The position numbers were made by a program, and so were the translations under genes. From a virus (lineage: Duplodnaviria > Heunggongvirae > Uroviricota > Caudoviricetes): DNA of 11,965 nt. The notes below the pieces were generated by a model that had not been told where the DNA came from, did not search any database, and saw only the letters and a program-made list of their open reading frames with translations. Below, one piece after another: positions 7,787 to 11,965 of this stretch. The DNA lies in IMG/VR virus record IMGVR_UViG_3300048672_001143, positions 75,884 to 87,848 of that record; one strand, given 5' to 3'. Every line of letters starts with the position of its first letter. Position 1 is the first letter of the stretch.

Positions 7787-8263
7787 TTAAGAAATATTGG
7801 TAACCGGGATATTAAAAGACTGAATAACTCCGGTCTCCCCAACTGCGTACGTAACTTTGGACATCTGAGCATCCCCGGAAGTAACCCCGACTGAAAAATC
7901 TATACGTGGGAGTGTAGTAGAAACCGCCCCTGCATCCGCGGGGTTGCCAACAAATCTCCCCCACCCTACAGTACCCGCTACTGAGCAAACGAATCTCCAC
8001 TCCTCCGCGGAAGCTTTATCCATCGCTGCCGCCCCACCTCCGGTATCCGTTATAGTGCCAAAATTTAGACCGTTTGTAGAAGTTCCTGCGGTCCATGCAC
8101 CTCCGGCTAAAGTAGCCCTGCCTAAAAACGTACCCGTTGGGGCCGCATCTGGGCTAGTTGGTTGCGCTCCGGAGTATAAATTAATTACCCCGGCGGCTAA
8201 ATTCGTCTTTACTGCCGTGTTTAAAAAATCGTGAAAAATCTTTGTGCTGTATCGAAAAGCCAT
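7787..8263 (-). CDS. Small phage virion structural protein (158 aa)
   Basis: AGGAG (8271-8275) 7 nt before ATG; double stop TAA-TAG. Motifs INLYSGAQP..DAAPTGT.L, GL.F, AGT.GW.RF, STT.PRID..VG match a conserved proteobacterial-phage structural family as I recall it. Confidence 0.7.
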   Translation of the reverse strand: MAFRYSTKIFHDFLNTAVKTNLAAGVINLYSGAQPTSPDAAPTGTFLGRATLAGGAWTAGTSTNGLNFGTITDTGGGAAAMDKASAEEWRFVCSVAGTVGWGRFVGNPADAGAVSTTLPRIDFSVGVTSGDAQMSKVTYAVGETGVIQSFNIPVTNIS

Positions 8264-8273
8264 TAGCTATCTC

Positions 8274-9410
8274 CTAAGTAAATTTGAACTGGTTGAATGC
8301 CGTTCCTCCGGCATCGTGTAGCGCTACATACCTTTGTATGCCGTTATTATACACCATAGCGGTCGAACAGTTAGTACCCATTGGTAAAGATACCCGTTCT
8401 TCTGTTAAAGGCGTAAAAGGAAATGCGCTGCAAACGCCCCTTGTTGTATGTAATAACAAGTAATCGTTTGGTATCTCGGTACCCGGTCTACCCTGTATTT
8501 TTATCGCTGGTCGACCCGGTACCACACCGTAATTAGCAAGTTTTTCCAATCCTGTATCATCGGAATAGGCATAAATTTCTTCTGCTGTGGCAATTATTAT
8601 CCCCGCAGGAACAGCCTTAAGTACTTCGACTTTGCCGGGGATGACAACGAAGTCCGTGTCATAGTTAAATAGGTGGTAATGGAAAGGCTTACTAAACCAC
8701 ACAATAGAGTAGTCAAAATACCGGGTGCTGACCCATAATTTTGAATCGTACACCTCTATTTTGTCGGCCCCTTCAGGAATCGGCGCAGAATTTATTTGTG
8801 GAGGCGCTATTTGGTTGCCGTACTTAATATCGTAAAATACTTCCCCTCCCGCTTCCGTCATGTATACGTTAGTAGTGTATCCGGATAGCTGATCTGGAGT
8901 CACTATTATTTCACTTGGGGTAGTGACTTCAAAAGTTTCTACAAGGGATGCCCCACCTTCTAGTCCATCCGAATTAGAATAGGTAAAAATAACATTGTAC
9001 AACCCTGCTTCTTGACCAGAAGGGGATGGGTTCAATGTAATAGCTGGAGAGCTACCTGGAGTAGGTATTTTTAAGTTTTTTACAGATTCCTGAAATACTG
9101 ACAATCCGTCATTTGTAAATAGTGCCCTAGAAAAATCGCAAAACTCTGTGGCCACTGTCGGTGCAATGTTTGTAAGACTTAAATCAGACTCTACCCGATA
9201 CAATATCCCTTCGGATACGATGTATGTTATTCTATCTAGGGTGGTATATGCGGTCGAGATAGGTATTGTTAAAGCCTGTTGAAATCCACGCCGCCTAACA
9301 AGGCCACCCACATTGTTTATGTCTACGTTAATAGCGTCCTGAAGGGCGCTGTCGGATATATCTCGCGGCGATGCTGTATTTTCAATACCCTTAAATGAAT
9401 TAATTATCAT
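8274..9410 (-). CDS. Podovirus tail nozzle / stabilisation-like protein, N-terminal and propeller part, with FN3/Ig-like insert (378 aa)
   Basis: N-terminus FKGIEN...DAINVDINNVGGLVRRRG resembles the start of P22 gp10 / T7 gp12-type nozzle proteins. Propeller-like blades are present (IEVYDSKLWV, IVWFSKPFHYHLF, IIIAT.EEIYAY). Insert AGLYNVIFTY...GLE...VYMT.AGGEVFY at ~8832-9065. ATG abuts the upstream TAA (9411-9413). Confidence 0.55.
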   Translation of the reverse strand: MIINSFKGIENTASPRDISDSALQDAINVDINNVGGLVRRRGFQQALTIPISTAYTTLDRITYIVSEGILYRVESDLSLTNIAPTVATEFCDFSRALFTNDGLSVFQESVKNLKIPTPGSSPAITLNPSPSGQEAGLYNVIFTYSNSDGLEGGASLVETFEVTTPSEIIVTPDQLSGYTTNVYMTEAGGEVFYDIKYGNQIAPPQINSAPIPEGADKIEVYDSKLWVSTRYFDYSIVWFSKPFHYHLFNYDTDFVVIPGKVEVLKAVPAGIIIATAEEIYAYSDDTGLEKLANYGVVPGRPAIKIQGRPGTEIPNDYLLLHTTRGVCSAFPFTPLTEERVSLPMGTNCSTAMVYNNGIQRYVALHDAGGTAFNQFKFT

Positions 9411-9626
9411 TTACCCCTCGTGTACCCGACAATGGAGATTTTCGCTGTCCGTTTCTAAGGTAACAAAGCCGTTATTCCCATCCCCCTTGGCGGTAAATAA
9501 ATGATCCCCTTGTTCACTTACAATCAAAATATCCTTTCCTGGGTTTTCTTCTATGGTTCTGTCAACAGCCCACTGAAGAAACCAACCGGGGTTTAAAGGG
9601 TCGAAAAGAGGCGTCTTCTCAGACAT
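9411..9626 (-). CDS. Hypothetical protein (71 aa)
   Basis: GAGGG (9633-9637) upstream of ATG; ATGTCTGA overlap with the upstream gene's stop; its stop abuts the downstream ATG. It exactly fills the operon gap. Confidence 0.6.
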   Translation of the reverse strand: MSEKTPLFDPLNPGWFLQWAVDRTIEENPGKDILIVSEQGDHLFTAKGDGNNGFVTLETDSENLHCRVHEG

Positions 9627-9909
9627 GTGAATCCCTCAAAAAATGTTGGGTTTTCAAAAGTTTTACCCCATTCTTGACACGTACCCAGGAAATGTACCTG
9701 AATCCTTCCTGTTTAGCTATTTCGATGCATTTTTTAAATCCCGACTTATCTACTTTAGAATCCAAGCCGTTCAAGAAACAGCCGCCTTTCCCATCAGGCT
9801 CTAAAATGGTGTGTGCAGAATACGGAGGAAAAGTCGAAAGATCTAAGCCATCATCATAGATGCGAAGATGCAAAGACCCTTCCGCTAATTTTGTAGCTAT
9901 TACTTGCAT
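9619..9909 (-). CDS. Hypothetical protein (96 aa), possibly a minimal GNAT-like fold
   Basis: TAATG coupling with the upstream gene (9907-9911) and ATGTCTGA coupling downstream. The C-terminal FKKCIEIAKQEGFRYISWVR loosely resembles the GNAT helix-G-strand end; this resemblance is weak. Confidence 0.55.
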   Translation of the reverse strand: MQVIATKLAEGSLHLRIYDDGLDLSTFPPYSAHTILEPDGKGGCFLNGLDSKVDKSGFKKCIEIAKQEGFRYISWVRVKNGVKLLKTQHFLRDSHV

Positions 9910-10412
9910 TATCTTTCCGCAACTTTAAACAAGAGCGTTACGTCGTCTTCTTCACCATTACTTTTTACGTAATGGTTCGTTAACGTGAAGGAATCCACTC
10001 CCGCGGGTACCGCTGTTATTTTTACTTGCGTAGTATTTGCGGTAAAGGATGGGGACGCCGTAGTCACAGAATTCGATGCCGCCCACGTAGAAGCGGTTAT
10101 CGATTCTGTAGGGGGCATAAGGTTATACGCCACTGCTTGCCACTGAATCCCATTATCGGTAACGATATCGTCGACCGTTGTTGACCACACAGGTTCCGTG
10201 GCTCCGGACATGCCTGGGTTGATTACCTTATAGTAAAGCCCTTTGAACACCGTTGGGACAACGACGTCGTAGTCGCTAGAACTCCGGTAATAATACACGG
10301 TATTCGCAGACCAAGCATTAGGCCTGAATACAAGGCCTACCACTTTCTTGCTGTCCTTATCGTAAACCCCGGCCATTTTATATGGCCCTTTAGCGGTAGA
10401 TGGGTATATCAA
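9909..10412 (-). CDS. Fibre-tail adaptor-like protein with inserted CBM5/12-like module (167 aa)
   Basis: TTG start with AGGAG (10419-10423) 6 nt upstream. The flanks (YDKDS..; ESITASTW...TT.V.IT......FTLTNH...NGEEDD.TL.FKV.ER) resemble the small 'KDP..DY..DW...ETI.SSTW...TN.I.T..GR' phage adaptor family. The central insert at 10131-10313 is W.ANT.Y...VVP...YY.V..PG.SG.TEP.W...V.DNG..W. Confidence 0.6.
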   Translation of the reverse strand: MIYPSTAKGPYKMAGVYDKDSKKVVGLVFRPNAWSANTVYYYRSSSDYDVVVPTVFKGLYYKVINPGMSGATEPVWSTTVDDIVTDNGIQWQAVAYNLMPPTESITASTWAASNSVTTASPSFTANTTQVKITAVPAGVDSFTLTNHYVKSNGEEDDVTLLFKVAER

Positions 10413-10440
10413 AGGTCTCTCCTACAAAATATGGTATGTA

Positions 10441-11965
10441 TTAAATTATAACAGAAGATTCAAATTTATCACAAATTACGGTTTTCTCTGCAGTTTCTAG
10501 AATAATCGACTGCTTAGAGTACTCTACGGCTATCTGTCTACCACTGCTTTCCACGAGTGGAGCGTGTGAAATATTTTCGCATAAAATACGATTGCTACTC
10601 GCGTCTATTAAAACCCAATCAACGGATTCCACCCCGCTCGGTATCGTAAAAGAGCCCGCTAGCAGCGTTACTACTCGACCTTGTAGCGGAATAGTTACTG
10701 CCGTCAGTATGTCAGAAGTGCCTAGAGTAGTAGATATGCCATTAAGTACAGGCCCTATTGCGGCTTTAACTGCTGAAATATTTAAGTTCGCGGAGGAACC
10801 TGTTACGGTGGTGTTAAGAGCAGTTTGTATGAAGCCCTGTGTAGCCGCTAAGGATGCGCCTGATAAAGCCCTTGCTACATCTGGGGACGCATAGGAAGTA
10901 GTTCCTGCTGAAGTACTTATGGTAGACCCGGACAAAATGCCGGATACACTGGCTCTTACGGATCCGCTTAGTGTAGATAGGATAGCCCCAGATAGCGCCT
11001 GGGATATAGCTTCCTGAATAGCCCCCTGCTGTACAGAGGAGGCAGAACCGTTTAAAGATACCGTAGCGGAAGAAGAGGCGGCTACGTTGCCCCCAGCTGC
11101 CGTAGAAGATATCCCAGTAAGCTGTATAACTACTCCACTAGTCGCGGTAACCGTTCCTGCCTGAACGGAGGAAGCGGCACCCAATATAAATCCCGCAGAG
11201 GCTCCTGATAACGGACCTGTAGAAAAACTTGCCGTTTGCCCGGTTAAAGATTTACTTACCGCAGTACTAGTTGAAACATTTCCAGCGGATAAAGTAGAAG
11301 CTGAACTAGTGAGGGCTTCTGAAGTATTTGATACTACTGTTCCAGCAGATAAAGTAGAAGCTGAACCGGAAAGCGCTACCGAAAATGCCGTACTTGTCGA
11401 AACCGTTCCTACAGATAAAGTAGAAGCTGAACTAGTGAGGGCTTCTGAAGTATTTGATACTACTGTTCCAACAGATAAAGTAGAAGCCGAACCTGTGAGG
11501 GCTGTCGTAAAAGCCGTACTTGTTGAAACATTTCCTGCAGATAAAGTAGAAGCTGAACCTGCGAGAGCTTCCGAATTATTGGCTACGGCAGCTCCAGCAG
11601 ATAAAGTAGAAGCTGAACCGGAAAGCGCCACCGAAAATGCCGTACTTGTCGAAACCGTTCCCGCAGATAAAGTAGAAGCTGAACTAGTGAGGGCTTCTGA
11701 AGTATTTGATACTACTGTTCCAGCAGATAAAGTAGAAGCTGAACCGGAAAGCGCTACCGAAAATGCCGTACTTGTCGAAACCGTTCCTACAGATAAAGTA
11801 GAAGCTGAACTAGTGAGGGCTTCTGAAGTATTTGATACTACTGTTCCAACAGATAAAGTAGAAGCCGAACCTGTGAGGGCTGTCGTAAAAGCCGTACTTG
11901 TTGAAACATTTCCTGCAGATAAAGTAGAAGCTGAACCTGCGAGAGCTTCCGAATTATTGGCTACG
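10441..11965 (-). CDS. Ser/Thr/Ala/Gly-rich repeat protein, probable fibre; 5'-partial (>=508 codons in window)
   Basis: I translated the frame upstream of the ORF-track GTG (11629-11631). It stays open to the window edge with the same repeat (..VANNSEALAGSASTLSAG..), so the true start lies outside the window. Alternating 20/22-aa ALx[GS]SASTLS[AV]G units degenerate towards a short, more charged C-terminal domain. Confidence 0.75.
   Translation of the reverse strand, partial: VANNSEALAGSASTLSAGNVSTSTAFTTALTGSASTLSVGTVVSNTSEALTSSASTLSVGTVSTSTAFSVALSGSASTLSAGTVVSNTSEALTSSASTLSAGTVSTSTAFSVALSGSASTLSAGAAVANNSEALAGSASTLSAGNVSTSTAFTTALTGSASTLSVGTVVSNTSEALTSSASTLSVGTVSTSTAFSVALSGSASTLSAGTVVSNTSEALTSSASTLSAGNVSTSTAVSKSLTGQTASFSTGPLSGASAGFILGAASSVQAGTVTATSGVVIQLTGISSTAAGGNVAASSSATVSLNGSASSVQQGAIQEAISQALSGAILSTLSGSVRASVSGILSGSTISTSAGTTSYASPDVARALSGASLAATQGFIQTALNTTVTGSSANLNISAVKAAIGPVLNGISTTLGTSDILTAVTIPLQGRVVTLLAGSFTIPSGVESVDWVLIDASSNRILCENISHAPLVESSGRQIAVEYSKQSIILETAEKTVICDKFESSVII
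11286..11965. repeat. Coding tandem repeat with nested periods (60/66 bp, 126 bp, 378 bp)
   Basis: Core c[a/g]gataaagtagaagc starts at 11286, 11346, 11412, 11472, 11538, 11598, 11664, 11724, 11790, 11850 and 11916, i.e. strict 60/66 alternation. By eye, 11666-11965 is identical to 11288-11587 (300 bp, offset 378). Confidence 0.95.

Noticed and set aside
7812-8000. 62-aa minus-strand ORF in an alternative frame
   Set aside because: It is nested inside the well-supported 158-aa gene, with no clear SD or motif.
227-10894. Short plus-strand ORFs of the track (e.g. 227-433, 464-742, 923-1117, 1773-2069, 2744-2965, 3481-3702, 4390-4605, 5925-6299, 6483-6689, 7065-7301, 7634-7894, 7944-8234, 9674-9859, 10592-10894)
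   Set aside because: All overlap long minus-strand genes, lack recognisable motifs, and are expected antisense shadows of Gly/Ala/Thr/Ser-rich coding sequence.
11629-11631. ORF-track GTG start for the 396-aa protein
   Set aside because: It is an internal Val codon of a repeat unit with no SD; the frame is open to the window edge.
11286-11965. CRISPR-like array (constant ~16-20-bp core with ~44-50-bp intervening sequences)
   Set aside because: The intervening sequences are themselves near-copies of each other, periods are multiples of 3, the core is not palindromic, the array lies in an open reading frame, and no cas gene is visible.
11165-11965. Open plus-strand frame encoding acidic DKVEAE repeats
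   Set aside because: It is an antisense shadow. Stops in this frame need Tyr/His/Gln codons on the minus strand, which the Ser/Thr/Ala repeat lacks. There is no RBS or promoter support, and it opposes the operon.
11288-11965. Diversity-generating retroelement template/variable repeat pair
   Set aside because: The duplicated copies are identical rather than differing at adenines, are tandem within one ORF and away from its C-terminus, and no reverse transcriptase is in the window.
10441-11965. Ice-nucleation protein (InaZ-type) annotation
   Set aside because: It lacks the 8/16/48-residue AGYGSTxTA periodicity and Tyr ladder; the period here is 20/22.

Overview
An 11,965-bp stretch of a bacteriophage or prophage virion-morphogenesis operon. 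Eleven tightly packed, often translationally coupled CDSs all lie on the minus strand. In transcription order (right to left) they encode: a 5'-truncated Ser/Thr/Ala/Gly-rich repeat (fibre-like) protein; a small fibre-adaptor-like protein with an inserted CBM5/12-like module; two small hypotheticals; a protein resembling the N-terminal/beta-propeller part of a podovirus tail nozzle; two small beta-rich virion-type proteins; a LamG-lectin + GRGF-repeat + nozzle-C-terminal-like fusion; a Pro-rich/long coiled-coil protein; a beta-rich 495-aa protein; and a 662-aa probable internal-virion (ejection) protein with a glycine zipper. No sheath, tail tube, integrase, lysis, RNA gene, CRISPR or reverse transcriptase gene is recognisable. 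The best reading is a short-tailed (podovirus-like) tail and ejection module with unusual modularity: an apparently split nozzle, two different ~21-residue-period repeat stalks, and glycan-binding domains grafted onto structural parts. Family assignments come from motif recognition only; no database search was run.
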